The notes beneath the pieces are model-generated. The model was not told the DNA's origin, made no database searches, and worked only from the letters and a program-made list of their open reading frames with translations. From Candidatus Eiseniibacteriota bacterium (GTDB lineage: Bacteria > Eisenbacteria > RBG-16-71-46 > JABDJR01), in the NCBI GenBank assembly GCA_963762255.1, contig CAVXKA010000002.1:1024001-1088000 (forward strand): a stretch of 64,000 nucleotides of DNA. Reading direction: 5' to 3'. Shown here one piece after another: positions 30,109 to 40,618 of the stretch. Within the stretch, counting starts at the first letter, position 1. Each line of letters opens with the position of its first letter. Both the position numbers and the translations under genes were made by a program.

Positions 30109-31765
30109 ATGCGCCGTTCCGTCAGGATACTTCTTCGATCGCCGCTGATTGCTGTTTTCGCCCTATCTCTGCACGCCCCACCCGCTCGCGCGCTCTGTTC
30201 GGGAGTTGTCAGCCGGGACGGCCGCCGAGGCAGCGTCGTCCGCTACGACGAGATCTTCCTGGGACACGTCGTCTCCCAACTCAACCCGGAGTCGTATCAA
30301 TACGACAACCGTGGGGAGTACAGGCTCTTAGTAGAGCGGCTGTGGAAAGGCATTGCGGGCGACACGATCACCGTCATTAGCAACACGAACGTTGCCGATT
30401 GCCCAGACCTGAAGCTCGGCGAGTGCTACCTGGTGCTCGCCCATCGGCGTGATGGCGAGGTATTCATAGACTGCTGCGGAACGCGCCTTCGCCGTTACTC
30501 CACGGATATGCTCCGGGCGCTAGACACGCTCCCCGTCACCGGGGATCCCACGAGCGTGGACTTGGCTCTCCTCGACCTCTATCTCACCCAGCTCCATGAC
30601 CCTTCAGAACAGGTGCGCGCGGAGGCCGCGGGCATTCTCGGAGGATTCGGGCAACACGCCGACTGGGTCGTTGGGCCTCTGCTGGAGGTCCTGCGAACCG
30701 ATTCCCGCCACGTGGCCGGTTCGACGGTGTGGGCGATCAGGCAACTTGGCCTTCCCGACAGCGTCGCGCTCCCGATCTTCCTGGAGGCCTTCGAGCAGCC
30801 GCGGACACGGTCTCTAGCCATTCAGGCCCTGTCGGGTTACAGGGACAGCGTCGAAATCGTCGTGCCGCTCTTTCGCCGGGCGGTCAAAGATCCCGATTTC
30901 AGGGTTCGTTGGGCGGCGCTTCAATCGCTCTCTGTCCGGGACTCTGTGGACGAAGTGCTTCACGAGGTCGTTCCCCTTCTGCAGGACCCTGAAGCGTCGG
31001 TACGTTGGCGAGCGGTGAGGTGGATTGCGTACTCCGACACGGACTCCTCGTCGGTCGAGTCCGTTCTGGTCGAAGCCACCCAGGATCCCAATCCCGACAT
31101 CCGCGCCGATGCACTCGAGATGCTCTTCAACATCGCCCCAGCCACGGCTCAGCCACTGATTGCGCGTGCCCTCGACGATCCCGCGCCCCAGGTGAAGAAC
31201 GCCATCCTGGAACTCCTGTCGGACGAGGAGGCGCCGGATCATCTTCGCAATCTTGCTATCGACCGTGGGCTTGCGGATGGCGACCCCGAGATCCGTTCCG
31301 CCGCCGCCGCGCTTCTCTTCAAGGGCCCGTCCATCGGAACGAACCGACGGGAAGCTCAGGTGGAACGCGCCTTCGCGGATTGGCACCCTGAAGTGTGGGA
31401 CGTTCCTGGCCAGTGGTCGCTGCGGCTGCGACCCCGAGGACCTCTACACTCCTGCGCTCCAGCACCGGTTGCTCACCCGGGTGATCATCGTTGCCGAGCG
31501 CGGAATGCCGGCAACCCGGGCGGCCGCCTTCAGAATCCTCAATCGTTGGGGGTTCGTCGAAGACCTCATCGCTCTCTACGACCGCGCACTCGTTTCGCCC
31601 TACGAAGAGGTCCGTATGGAGGCAATCCGCGGCCTCTCCCGCGCCGGAACCGCGGCCGCCCCCGCGCTCCCTCGCCTCCGCGCGCTGTCCGTCGGCAAGA
31701 CCCGGCAGGCGGAGGACGCCCGGCGCGCCATCGCGTCCATCGAGGCTGCTATGATCCGCCCATGA
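30109..31765 (+). CDS. Secreted protein: TIMP/NTR-like N-terminal domain plus HEAT repeats, with a +1 frameshift at ~31398
   Basis: Signal peptide then a Cys-containing OB-fold-like domain; repeated DP...VR..A HEAT units that continue in ORF 31253-31765, whose stop overlaps the xth ATG. Confidence 0.7.
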
Positions 31766-32529
31766 ACATCGCCACCTGGAACGTGAACTCGGTGCGGGCC
31801 CGCCTGCCCCGCCTGATCGTATGGATCGAGACGCACCGCCCCGACCTCCTCTGCATCCAGGAGACCAAGGCCCCCGACACCTATTTCCCCCGCGCGGAAC
31901 TCGAATCGCTCGGCTATACCGTCGAGTTCTTCGGCCAGAAGACCTACAACGGTGTGGCGATCCTCGCGCGCGACGCGCTCGCCGACGTCGTGCGCGGACT
32001 GCCCGGCGACACCGAGGAGTCCGAGAAACGCGTCCTCGCCGCCACCTTTGACGGCGTGCGCGTGGTGAACGTGTACGTCCCCAACGGCCAGGAAGTGGGC
32101 TGCGACAAGTACGTCTACAAACTCGCATGGCTCGACCGGCTGCGCGCGATGCTCGCCAGGACGCACACTCCCGACCAACCGCTCGTGCTGTGCGGCGATT
32201 TCAACATCGCCCCCGACGATCGCGACGTATACGACCCCGATCTCTGGCGCGGCAAGGTTCTCTTCAGCGAGCCCGAGAGAGCGAAATTCCGCGACCTCAT
32301 CGGCTGGGGGCTCTCCGACGCGCTCCGCCTGCGCACGGCGGAACCCGGCCAGTACACATGGTGGGACTACCGCATGAACGGATTCAAAAGAGACCTTGGG
32401 CTGCGCCTCGATCACTTTCTCGTCACCGCGCCGGTGGCCGCCCGCGTGCGCGAGATCGCCATCGACCGCGAGGAGCGCGCGGGCGAGAAGCCTTCCGACC
32501 ACGCGCCGGTGATCCTGACGCTCGGCTAG
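31762..32529 (+). CDS. xth: Exodeoxyribonuclease III
   Basis: MNIATWNVNS, QETK, YNGVA, GDFNIAP, YTWWDYR and SDHAP motifs. Confidence 0.96.
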   Translation: MNIATWNVNSVRARLPRLIVWIETHRPDLLCIQETKAPDTYFPRAELESLGYTVEFFGQKTYNGVAILARDALADVVRGLPGDTEESEKRVLAATFDGVRVVNVYVPNGQEVGCDKYVYKLAWLDRLRAMLARTHTPDQPLVLCGDFNIAPDDRDVYDPDLWRGKVLFSEPERAKFRDLIGWGLSDALRLRTAEPGQYTWWDYRMNGFKRDLGLRLDHFLVTAPVAARVREIAIDREERAGEKPSDHAPVILTLG

Positions 32530-32588
32530 GCCGTCCGCCGGGGAACGCCGCAGGACGGCGCCGGCACGCTATACTCATCCGCACCCCC

Positions 32589-33506
32589 ATGAACTACGAC
32601 CCGCTTCGAGAACAGCACTACAACGCCACGATCGTCGGAGAGCGGCTCCTCCACGGCACCGTCATGGTGATTCGCGTGCGTCCGGATGCACCTCTTTCTC
32701 CCCCGCGCCCCGGCCAGTGGGTGGAGCTCGGGCTCGGCATCTGGGAGCGCGTGATGGACGGCGCCGAAGCGGGCAGCGCCCGCCGCGCCGCACCGGATTC
32801 GCTGATCAAGCGCGCCTACTCGATCAGCTCCCCCATCCTCACATCGGACCTCTCGCGCCTCATCCAGCCGAGCGAAGAGAACGGGCTGGAGTTCTTCCTG
32901 AGCCTGGTGGTGCCGCCCGCCGAGCGCTCGCGAAAGGTCCCCAACCTCACCGGGCGCTTGTTCTGTCTGCGCGAGGGAGATCGCCTCTTCATGTCCTCGC
33001 CGCCCATGGGCGAGTACGGGCTCGACGACGTGCGCCCCGGCGACGATGTCCTCTTCCTCGCCACCGGCACCGGTGAAGCCCCGCATAACCGGATGATCTG
33101 GGAGCTGTTGCGGCGTGATCATGAAGGGCGCGTGGCCTCCATCGTCTCTGTGAGACGAGGCATCGATCTGGCTTACGGCTCGACGCACCAACGACTCGCC
33201 GAAATGTTTCCCCGCTACCGCTACGCCACGTTGATCACCCGCGAACCGGGGCACGACGGCCGCCATCTACAGGACTACCTGCGGGACGGCACGCTGGAGG
33301 ACATGGCCGGGTTCCCGCTCGACCCCGCGCGCACCCACGTCTTCCTCTGCGGCAACCCCGGCATGATCGGCCCGCCGCGAACGCTTCCTTCCGGGCGCGT
33401 GTTCCCCGAACCGCCGGGCATGGTGGAGCTGCTAGAGGAGACCCGGGGATTCAACGACGATCCCGCGCGCGGGCCGCTCAACGTGCACTACGAGCGGTAC
33501 TGGTAG
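32589..33506 (+). CDS. Ferredoxin-NADP+ reductase (bacterial Fpr type)
   Basis: KRAYSISS, ATGTGEAP and FLCGNPGMI motifs; C-terminal ERYW. Confidence 0.88.
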   Translation: MNYDPLREQHYNATIVGERLLHGTVMVIRVRPDAPLSPPRPGQWVELGLGIWERVMDGAEAGSARRAAPDSLIKRAYSISSPILTSDLSRLIQPSEENGLEFFLSLVVPPAERSRKVPNLTGRLFCLREGDRLFMSSPPMGEYGLDDVRPGDDVLFLATGTGEAPHNRMIWELLRRDHEGRVASIVSVRRGIDLAYGSTHQRLAEMFPRYRYATLITREPGHDGRHLQDYLRDGTLEDMAGFPLDPARTHVFLCGNPGMIGPPRTLPSGRVFPEPPGMVELLEETRGFNDDPARGPLNVHYERYW

Positions 33507-33544
33507 GGCGTTTCGGGGCAGCGCCGGAGACGGAGCGTAGGGTC

Positions 33545-34615
33545 TCAGCCCACCTCGAGCATGCGATCCAGCGCCACGCGGGCGCGTGAGCGGATCGGCT
33601 CCGGCACGTCGATCTTGTATTGTTCCTTGCGCAGCGACTCCAGCGTGTCCTCGAGCGTGATCTCGTTCATATGCGGACAGCGCACGCTGCACAGACGCAA
33701 CATCTCTCGATGGGGGTTCTTCGCGGCGATGTTGTCCCCCATGCTGCACTCGGTCAGCAGCAGGTAACGGCCGCTCGTCATGTTCTCCACATACTTGATC
33801 ATGCCGGTGGTGCTGCCCGAGAAATCGGAGGCGGCCACGACCTCGGGGCTGCACTCCGGATGCGCGAGCACGACCACGTCGGGGAACTGCTTGCGGACGT
33901 TGGCGATGTCCTCCACCGTGAACTTCTCATGCACCTCGCAGCGGCCGCCCCACGCGATCACGGCGTTCGCCACGTGGCGCGCGTCGTCCCTCGGCCCCAC
34001 GCCCCCGTTCCCAGGCCCGATGAGCTCCATCCCCACCTCGCGGGCCACGTTGCCGGCCAGGTACTCGTCGGGGAGGAAGAGGATCCGGTCGTGCCCCTTG
34101 GAACGCAACGCGCGCACCATTGCCTCCGCGTTGCCCGATGTCACACAGTAGTCGGATTCGGCCTTTACATCCGCGTAGGTGTTCACATAGGTCACCACCG
34201 GCACACCCGGGTAGCGAGACCGGAGCGCACGCACGTCGGCGGCGGTGATGCTCTCGGCGAGCGAGCACCCGCCCTTCGCGCTGGGAAGCAGCACCATGCG
34301 ATCCGGATTCAGGATCTTGGCCGTCTCCGCCATGAAGCGAACGCCGCAGAAGATCACGATGTCGGCGTCGGCCTTGGCCGCCACCCGGCTCAGGTAAAGC
34401 GAGTCCCCGGTGAAGTCGGGCACCGAATGGAAGAGCACCGGCTCCATGTAGTTGTGCCCGAGGATGACGGCGTTCTTCTCGCGCTTCAAGCGGTTCACCT
34501 CGACGGCGATCTCCGCTTTGAGCTTCAACTCCACGGCGGGGACGACATCGCCGAGGCGCTCGGCAAGCCTCTCGAACATGGCTTCCCGCGTGGTCGGATA
34601 GTGGATCGAGTTCAT
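33545..34615 (-). CDS. nadA: Quinolinate synthase
   Basis: ILGHNY, FCGVRFMAET, CSLA, YVNT, CEVH, AHPEC and CPHM motifs. Confidence 0.96.
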   Translation of the reverse strand: MNSIHYPTTREAMFERLAERLGDVVPAVELKLKAEIAVEVNRLKREKNAVILGHNYMEPVLFHSVPDFTGDSLYLSRVAAKADADIVIFCGVRFMAETAKILNPDRMVLLPSAKGGCSLAESITAADVRALRSRYPGVPVVTYVNTYADVKAESDYCVTSGNAEAMVRALRSKGHDRILFLPDEYLAGNVAREVGMELIGPGNGGVGPRDDARHVANAVIAWGGRCEVHEKFTVEDIANVRKQFPDVVVLAHPECSPEVVAASDFSGSTTGMIKYVENMTSGRYLLLTECSMGDNIAAKNPHREMLRLCSVRCPHMNEITLEDTLESLRKEQYKIDVPEPIRSRARVALDRMLEVG

Positions 34616-34626
34616 GGCCGACAAGT

Positions 34627-35025
34627 CTACCGCTTCCCGCGCTTCCTCAGGAGGCGATCCACCGAGAGGCTCCCGCCACCGTAGATGAGGAAGAAGAAGG
34701 CCACCGCCGCGTAGGTGAGCGCGAGTTCCTTCCGTCCCCACGGATCGGCCCCGTGGACCACGAAGGCCGCGCCGACCATGGTCCCCAGGATCGTCGCGGC
34801 CGCGAGGCGCGTCCAGAGCCCAAGCGTGAGGAGGATCCCGCCGGCGAACTCGGAGAGGATGGCCAGCCAGCCGAAGAGCACCGGCAACGGAAACTTCTGT
34901 ACTCCCCGGCCGTCGAGGAATGCAGTCGGGTCGCTGATCTTGCCGAGCCCGTGGGCGAACACGAAGTTGAGCCCTACCCAGGCCCGCAGGACAAGCACCG
35001 CGAACGGAATCAAGCGATCGAACAC
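34627..35025 (-). CDS. DoxX-family membrane protein
   Basis: HGLGK, SEFAGG.LL.LGLWTR.AA and GGGSLSVD motifs. Confidence 0.9.
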   Translation of the reverse strand: MFDRLIPFAVLVLRAWVGLNFVFAHGLGKISDPTAFLDGRGVQKFPLPVLFGWLAILSEFAGGILLTLGLWTRLAAATILGTMVGAAFVVHGADPWGRKELALTYAAVAFFFLIYGGGSLSVDRLLRKRGKR

Positions 35026-35041
35026 GAATCGACTCCTTCCA

Positions 35042-35740
35042 CTAGCTGAGATCGAAGACCAGTAGCTCCGACGGCGCCGTTGCGTCGACCACCAGCGCAG
35101 GCTCCTCGCTCACCGCCGCGCCGTCGCCCGCACCCAGCTTCGTCCCGTTGACGTCCAGCTCGCCCTTCACCACCTGAACCCAGCCATGCCGGCCGGGCGC
35201 GAAGTCATGCCGCACGGTGGCCCCAGCGTCCAAGAGGCTCGAGTACAGGCGGGTGTCCTGGTGAATGCGCACCGAGCCCTCGGCGCCGTCCGGCGACGCG
35301 ATCAGCCGCAGCCGACTGCGGCGCTCCCCCTCCGCGAACGCCTTCTGTTCGTAGCTCGGCGCGATCCCCTTCGCCGCGGTCAGGATCCAGATCTGCAAAA
35401 GATGGACGGGGGTGTCCGGCGAGGGGTTGAACTCGCTGTGCACGACCCCTCTTCCCGCGCTCATGCGCTGCACCTCTCCGGGCCGGATCACCGAGCTCGT
35501 CCCCATGCTGTCACGGTGCTCGAGTTCACCCTCGATGATGTAGGTGATGATCTCCATGTCCCGATGCGGATGCATGGGAAAGCCGCCGCCCCCCGCGACG
35601 CGATCCTCGTTGATCACCCGCAGGGTGCGGAATCCCATGTGCTCGGGGTCGATGTAGTCGGCGAACGAGAAGGTGTGATAGGTGTCCAGCCAGCCGTGAT
35701 TGGCGTGCCCGCGATCCTGTGAGCGCCGAACGAGGATCAT
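35042..35740 (-). CDS. Pirin-family protein (YhhW-like)
   Basis: HGWLDTYHTFSF, HPHRDMEI and MSAGRGVVHSE motifs. Confidence 0.95.
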   Translation of the reverse strand: MILVRRSQDRGHANHGWLDTYHTFSFADYIDPEHMGFRTLRVINEDRVAGGGGFPMHPHRDMEIITYIIEGELEHRDSMGTSSVIRPGEVQRMSAGRGVVHSEFNPSPDTPVHLLQIWILTAAKGIAPSYEQKAFAEGERRSRLRLIASPDGAEGSVRIHQDTRLYSSLLDAGATVRHDFAPGRHGWVQVVKGELDVNGTKLGAGDGAAVSEEPALVVDATAPSELLVFDLS

Positions 35741-35851
35741 GATTCTTTCCTTTCGATAATGGTCGCCCCCTGGCCGGGGCTACGGGGATGATACGCTGTA
35801 CGCGGTCCCGCCGGGTTTGATTCCATGACCATCGTCAGAGGAGACCCCGTC

Positions 35852-36763
35852 ATGTTCCGCCGGTTCCGCCTTTCCGTGCTCGTCCTGACCCTCATCCTCG
35901 CCGTCCTCCCCGCCGCGGTCGCCGCCCAAAGCTCGGGCGACGTCACGATCGAGACCATCCCTCTCGGGGGCGGGGTCTTCATGCTGACCGGCGCCGGAGG
36001 CAACATAGGGCTCTCCACCGGCAAGGACGGCGCATTCCTCATCGACACCCAATTCGCCCCGCTCACCGGGACGATCCAGGCCGCGGTGGCCCGAGTTTCG
36101 GAGATCCCGGTGCGGCTCGTCGTGGACACGCACTGGCATCGCGATCATGTCGGCGGCAACGAGAACTTCGCCAAGACGGGGGCGGTCGTGATCGCCCACG
36201 AGAACGTCCGCAGGCGCATGGCCTCGGGAGGGACGATCGAGGCGCTCCAAGCGGAGATCCCTCCGGCAGCACTCGGCGCGCTGCCCCAGGTCACCTTCAG
36301 CGACAGCCTTGACCTGCACTGGAACGACGAGGAGATGCGCATCTTCCACGTCGCCCCCGCCCACACCGACGGTGACGCGGTAATCTGGTTCGTCAAGGCC
36401 GACGTCATGCACGTCGGGGATGTCTACTTCAACGGGCTCTACCCCTTCATCGATCGCTCGAGCGGCGGGTCGGTGCAGGGCCTCATTGCCGCCGTGGATC
36501 GCGTGCTCGCGCTGGCCGACGAGAACACGAAGATCATCCCGGGGCACGGCCCCCTCTCCAACTCACGCGAGCTGCGCGCCTACCGGGAACTCGTGGCCAC
36601 GGTGTATGGTCGCGTACGCAACATGGTCGCCCAGGGCAAGAGCCGGGATGAGGTCCTCGCCGCCAAGCCCTCGGCGGAATACGACGCCGTGTGGGGAAAC
36701 GACTTCATGAGCCCCGCCGTGTTCGTGGGAATCCTATACGACGACGCCTCCACGGAAAGGTAG
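35852..36763 (+). CDS. Secreted MBL-fold metallo-hydrolase (cyclase-like)
   Basis: THWHRDHVGGN, AHTDGD and IPGHG motifs; signal peptide. Confidence 0.9.
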   Translation: MFRRFRLSVLVLTLILAVLPAAVAAQSSGDVTIETIPLGGGVFMLTGAGGNIGLSTGKDGAFLIDTQFAPLTGTIQAAVARVSEIPVRLVVDTHWHRDHVGGNENFAKTGAVVIAHENVRRRMASGGTIEALQAEIPPAALGALPQVTFSDSLDLHWNDEEMRIFHVAPAHTDGDAVIWFVKADVMHVGDVYFNGLYPFIDRSSGGSVQGLIAAVDRVLALADENTKIIPGHGPLSNSRELRAYRELVATVYGRVRNMVAQGKSRDEVLAAKPSAEYDAVWGNDFMSPAVFVGILYDDASTER

Positions 36764-36770
36764 ACCAACC

Positions 36771-37250
36771 ATGCAGACCGCCGCCGAGCGTACCACGCAG
36801 ATCAACCGCATCCGACAGCTTCCGGCGCTGGCCAGGGAGGCAACCCGCGGCCTCGACCCGGTTCAGCTCGACACGCCCTACGGGCCGGGCAAATGGACCC
36901 CGCGCCAGGTGCTCCATCACCTCGCCGATGCGCACATGAACGCCTTCGTGCGCATGAAGCTCATCCTCACCGAGGACCATCCGACGCTCAAGCCGTACGA
37001 TCACGAGGCATGGGCGGAAACCGCCGACGGCGCGCGGTCCGACGCCGAGGCCTCGCTGACCATCCTGCGCGGGCTGCACGCGCGGTGGGTTGATCTCCTG
37101 AACGCGGTGCCGGAGGAGGCGTGGAAGCGAAGCGCGCATCATCCGGAGTCGGGCGACGTCACGCTCGATGCGATCCTGCGCATCTACGCCGCGCATGGAG
37201 AACTGCACCTCTCCCGCATTCACGAGCTGCGGCAGGATCGGGGCTGGTAG
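36771..37250 (+). CDS. YfiT/DinB-family metal-dependent thiol transferase
   Basis: LDTPY...WTPRQVLHHLADAH, PTLKPYD and YAAHG..HL motifs. Confidence 0.88.
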   Translation: MQTAAERTTQINRIRQLPALAREATRGLDPVQLDTPYGPGKWTPRQVLHHLADAHMNAFVRMKLILTEDHPTLKPYDHEAWAETADGARSDAEASLTILRGLHARWVDLLNAVPEEAWKRSAHHPESGDVTLDAILRIYAAHGELHLSRIHELRQDRGW

Positions 37251-37264
37251 CGGAGTCGTGGCGA

Positions 37265-38110
37265 TCAGCTGATCGCCACGACCTCTTTGACCTCGGGCAC
37301 CGCGTCCTTGAGGAGTGTCTCCACGCCCATCTTGAGCGTGGCCAGCGAGGACGGGCAGCCCACACAGCTCCCCAGCATGTAGAGCTGGACCACGCCCTCG
37401 TCGAAGCCGGCAAACGCGATGTCGCCGCCGTCGCGCTGCACCGCGGGACGCACGACGTCTTCAAGCACCTCGATGATTCGACGCTCGACGTCGGTCACCT
37501 CGCCGAAGCCCTGCGCGGGAGGCGTCATCGCCGCGCCACCATGCGCGAAGTAGGCCTGCAAGCGCCGCCCGATCTCGGCTTGCAGCTCCGGCCACTCCGC
37601 CCCGGGGATCTTCGTCGCGGTGCAAAAGTTGCGAATGAAGAAGAGCGACTTCACGCCGGGAATCTCCAAGAGGTACTGCACCAGCAGCGGATCGTCCTCG
37701 CGCGACGGCTGGGCGAAGGTCGCGCTCCCCTCGGTGACCAGCTCGCGATTCATGATGAACTTGCGCGAGTCCGGGTTGGGGGTCTCGGCGAGATGCACCG
37801 AGACGTTGGTGAAGGTCACGAAACGGTCGTTACGATAGTCGATGGTGGTGCCGTGCAGGCGCTCGAGATCCTCATCGCCGACCTGGACCGGCACTGCGTA
37901 CTCGGGGCGTAGCGCCCGCTCCCCTCCCTGGCGCTCGAATCCCACCCCCACGGTGTATCCCAGACGCGAGGGCTGGGTGAGCACGAAGAACGCGGAAGGC
38001 TCTTCCCTGTTCAGCTCGGTCAGCTTCACGCGAATCGCCTCCTCGGCGGCGGCGGTCAGGGCGAGGGGCAGAAGCGTCTCAGTGGAGGATCCGGGGTGCG
38101 GCGAGTTCAC
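37265..38110 (-). CDS. NifU/NfuA-family Fe-S biogenesis protein
   Basis: ETPNP..KF (Nfu_N); VRPAVQRDGGDI...GSCVGCPSS..TLKMG; extra N-terminal segment. Confidence 0.88.
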   Translation of the reverse strand: MNSPHPGSSTETLLPLALTAAAEEAIRVKLTELNREEPSAFFVLTQPSRLGYTVGVGFERQGGERALRPEYAVPVQVGDEDLERLHGTTIDYRNDRFVTFTNVSVHLAETPNPDSRKFIMNRELVTEGSATFAQPSREDDPLLVQYLLEIPGVKSLFFIRNFCTATKIPGAEWPELQAEIGRRLQAYFAHGGAAMTPPAQGFGEVTDVERRIIEVLEDVVRPAVQRDGGDIAFAGFDEGVVQLYMLGSCVGCPSSLATLKMGVETLLKDAVPEVKEVVAIS

Positions 38111-38286
38111 GATGTCTCCCGTACCCGCGGCCCAAGCCGCGGGGATGCTGGGGTAAAGAAGTAGCGATAAGATGATAGCCGTTGGGCCACAATGGGTCGA
38201 TCCAGTGTATCCCAAGCAAGCCCGAACGTGACGAGCACACCGGGAGCGCACCGACTCCCTCCATCCATGACAGGACCCCCGAACTC

Positions 38287-39450
38287 ATGATCATCACGCG
38301 CCCCCATGAGCTGGCCGACCTGGCCGGCGCGCTCCGCCGGCACGGCGCCTTCGCCCTCGACATGGAGTTCGAGCGCGAGCGGTCCTACTGGCCGAAGCTT
38401 CAACTCGTGCAGGTGGCGATTCCGGATCTCGTGGCCGCGGTCGATCCGCTTGTCATGGACGATCTCTCCCCCCTATACGACCTCATCGCGGATCCGGCGA
38501 TCGAGAAGATCACCCACGCCGGACGCCAGGACGCGGAGATCTTCTTCCTGAAGACGGGGAAGGCCCCCGCCGGCATCTACGACACCCAGATCGCGGCGGC
38601 GCTGGTCGGGCTCGGCGAGCAAGTGGGATACGCCGTGCTGGTGCAGCGGCTGTTGGGTGTGCGGGTCGTCAAGCACGAGCGCGTGACGGACTGGGGGCGG
38701 CGCCCCCTGTCGGATGCGCAACTCGAGTACGCGCTCAACGACGTGCGCCACCTCCTCCAGATCCGGGACGCGCTCAACGCGGATCTGCGCGAGCTGGGGC
38801 GAGAGGCCTGGTTTCGCGAGGAGACCGCGTTTTACTCCGATCCGGATCTCTATCGCCACGACCCTGACCGGCTCTACATGAAGGTCTCTCGCTGGCGGTC
38901 GTTGGACCGCCGAGGCCTCGGCGTGCTCCGCGAACTGGTGGGATGGCGCGAGGAGGAGGCGAGGCATCGCGACCTGCCCCGCCAGCGCGTGGTTCCGGAT
39001 GATGTGTTGATCGAGCTGGCAGGCCGGCGTCCCAAGCGCGTGGCCGATCTCTCTCCCCTGCGCCGGCTCCATCCCAAGGAGATCGAGCGGGGCGGAGAGG
39101 CGATCGTGGCCGCGGTCGGCCGGGGCCTGGCCCTGCCCGACGCCCAGCTTCCCAACCCTCCCAAGCCGCCTCGCGAGGATCCCGACGCGTCGCTGGCAGC
39201 CGACCTCCTCGCCGTCCTTCTGCACATGCGCGCGAGAGAAATCCGCATCGCCCCCTCCTACCTGGGCACTCAGAAGGACGTTCTGGAGCTGGTCAACTGG
39301 CTGGCCGACAAGCGCGAGGGGCCGCCGCCGCACCTCATCGAGGGATGGCGCCGCGAGGCAGTCGGAAACGATCTTGCCGAGGTCTATGAAGGACGCGTCT
39401 CTCTCCGCGTGGACGCCGCGGCCGGCCGTGTGGTGGTGGAGCCGGTCTGA
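38287..39450 (+). CDS. rnd: Ribonuclease D
   Basis: DMEFERERSYWPKLQLVQ, DTQIAA and DW.RRPLS..QLEYA..DV; HRDC region; GWRRE. Confidence 0.93.
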   Translation: MIITRPHELADLAGALRRHGAFALDMEFERERSYWPKLQLVQVAIPDLVAAVDPLVMDDLSPLYDLIADPAIEKITHAGRQDAEIFFLKTGKAPAGIYDTQIAAALVGLGEQVGYAVLVQRLLGVRVVKHERVTDWGRRPLSDAQLEYALNDVRHLLQIRDALNADLRELGREAWFREETAFYSDPDLYRHDPDRLYMKVSRWRSLDRRGLGVLRELVGWREEEARHRDLPRQRVVPDDVLIELAGRRPKRVADLSPLRRLHPKEIERGGEAIVAAVGRGLALPDAQLPNPPKPPREDPDASLAADLLAVLLHMRAREIRIAPSYLGTQKDVLELVNWLADKREGPPPHLIEGWRREAVGNDLAEVYEGRVSLRVDAAAGRVVVEPV

Positions 39451-39461
39451 GCAAGCAGAAT

Positions 39462-39498
39462 GCGAGAGCCCCCCGGCCAAAGGCCGAGGGGCTCTCGC
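39462..39498. terminator. Hairpin between convergent rnd and the cytochrome operon
   Basis: GCGAGAGCCCCCCGGCC-AAA-GGCCGAGGGGCTCTCGC; followed by ATTCTGCTT on the minus strand. Confidence 0.65.
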
Positions 39499-39555
39499 CT
39501 GCAAGGAGAAGAGACGCTTCAGGGTTCCCCGATCACCGGGATCGACCCTGCTCCC

Positions 39556-40587
39556 CTACTTCTGCGCCAGGGTCGGCTTCAAGGCCCCGTTCATGAATTG
39601 GATTGAGGATTCCAGGAGCCCCTTGACATAGGCCGGGTTGTGCACGCCGTGGCTTCGGTCATCCTCGGCCATGGCCAGGTTCCACACCGCTCCCGCGCTG
39701 TCCACAGAGGTCGTCACCACCTTGGGGCCGCCGTTGGCCCACAATCCAGCCGCCGTCAGCAGCTCCGCCAGTTCCTCCGCCATCGCGTCCACCTCGGTCT
39801 GGACGCCTGCGATGTCGAAGCTCTCGACGTCGCTGTGGCACTTCTCGCAGGCTGCGGTGTTCTCCAGCTCCTCCACGCTTCCATCTTCACCCCGGAGGGA
39901 GCCCACCATGTTGAACGAGTGCCCCCCGATCACATTGCTGCTGGTGACCCGGTAATGGCAGTCCAGGCATCCGTCGGTGACGGCGCTGCGGTGCTTGGTG
40001 ATGGCGTAGTCGTACCCCTCGTACTCGTACCCGTTCGAGCCGATCAAGATGTCGCCCTGGTTGCTGTAGTGCGGGCCCCAGTGGGTGCTGTTGATGTTCG
40101 TCCGGGCCGTGCCCTCGGCACCCACGTAGACGTTGACGTCCCGGCGGGAATGATGGCAGGCCACGCAGAGATTGCCGGCCCCCAGATCGAACGTCACCCC
40201 GTTCAAGAGGGTCGCCGTTTCCGTCCAGCGAAGCCCGAAGTCGCCGTCGGTATGCGGGCTGTGGCAAGTGAAGCAGTGAATCACGGTGGGGTTGGTGCTC
40301 GCCGTGACCGTCTCCCCGTTGACCCTCTGGATGAAGCCTTCGCTAATGTGGCACCCCGCGCAGCCGGCGCTTTCCCCTTCGGCCAGGCGGAGACCGCTGG
40401 CGTGGAAGGAATTCGCCCACTGAGCCTCCGCCGCGATCAGGAACGTGTTCTGGTCGCTATGGCACTCGAAGCAGGTCTGGGCCTCGCCGATCTGCTCCAC
40501 GCGAGTGATTTCGCGGTCGCATGCCGCGAGGGACACGACGAGCAGCACCATGAGCGCCGGTACTGCGACTATCGAGAATCGAGACAT
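39556..40587 (-). CDS. Hexaheme lipoprotein cytochrome c (OmcB/OcwA/NrfA-superfamily-like C-terminus)
   Basis: Lipobox LAAC; six CxxCH (CFECH, CAGCH, CFTCH, CVACH, CLDCH, CEKCH); helical C-terminus with DRSHGVHNPAY. Confidence 0.85.
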   Translation of the reverse strand: MSRFSIVAVPALMVLLVVSLAACDREITRVEQIGEAQTCFECHSDQNTFLIAAEAQWANSFHASGLRLAEGESAGCAGCHISEGFIQRVNGETVTASTNPTVIHCFTCHSPHTDGDFGLRWTETATLLNGVTFDLGAGNLCVACHHSRRDVNVYVGAEGTARTNINSTHWGPHYSNQGDILIGSNGYEYEGYDYAITKHRSAVTDGCLDCHYRVTSSNVIGGHSFNMVGSLRGEDGSVEELENTAACEKCHSDVESFDIAGVQTEVDAMAEELAELLTAAGLWANGGPKVVTTSVDSAGAVWNLAMAEDDRSHGVHNPAYVKGLLESSIQFMNGALKPTLAQK

Positions 40588-40618
40588 CTCACCCTCCTTG
40601 TCAGCTTTCGCCTTACGA

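Noticed and set aside
30109-32529. 806-aa HEAT-ExoIII fusion in the ORF track
   Set aside because: Artifact of a +1 frameshift at ~31398. HEAT repeats continue in another frame ending at 31765, and xth has its own ATG at 31762.
39556-40587. NrfA nitrite reductase
   Set aside because: No CxxCK catalytic motif; six CxxCH, a lipobox and a position after a porin favour a surface electron-transfer role.
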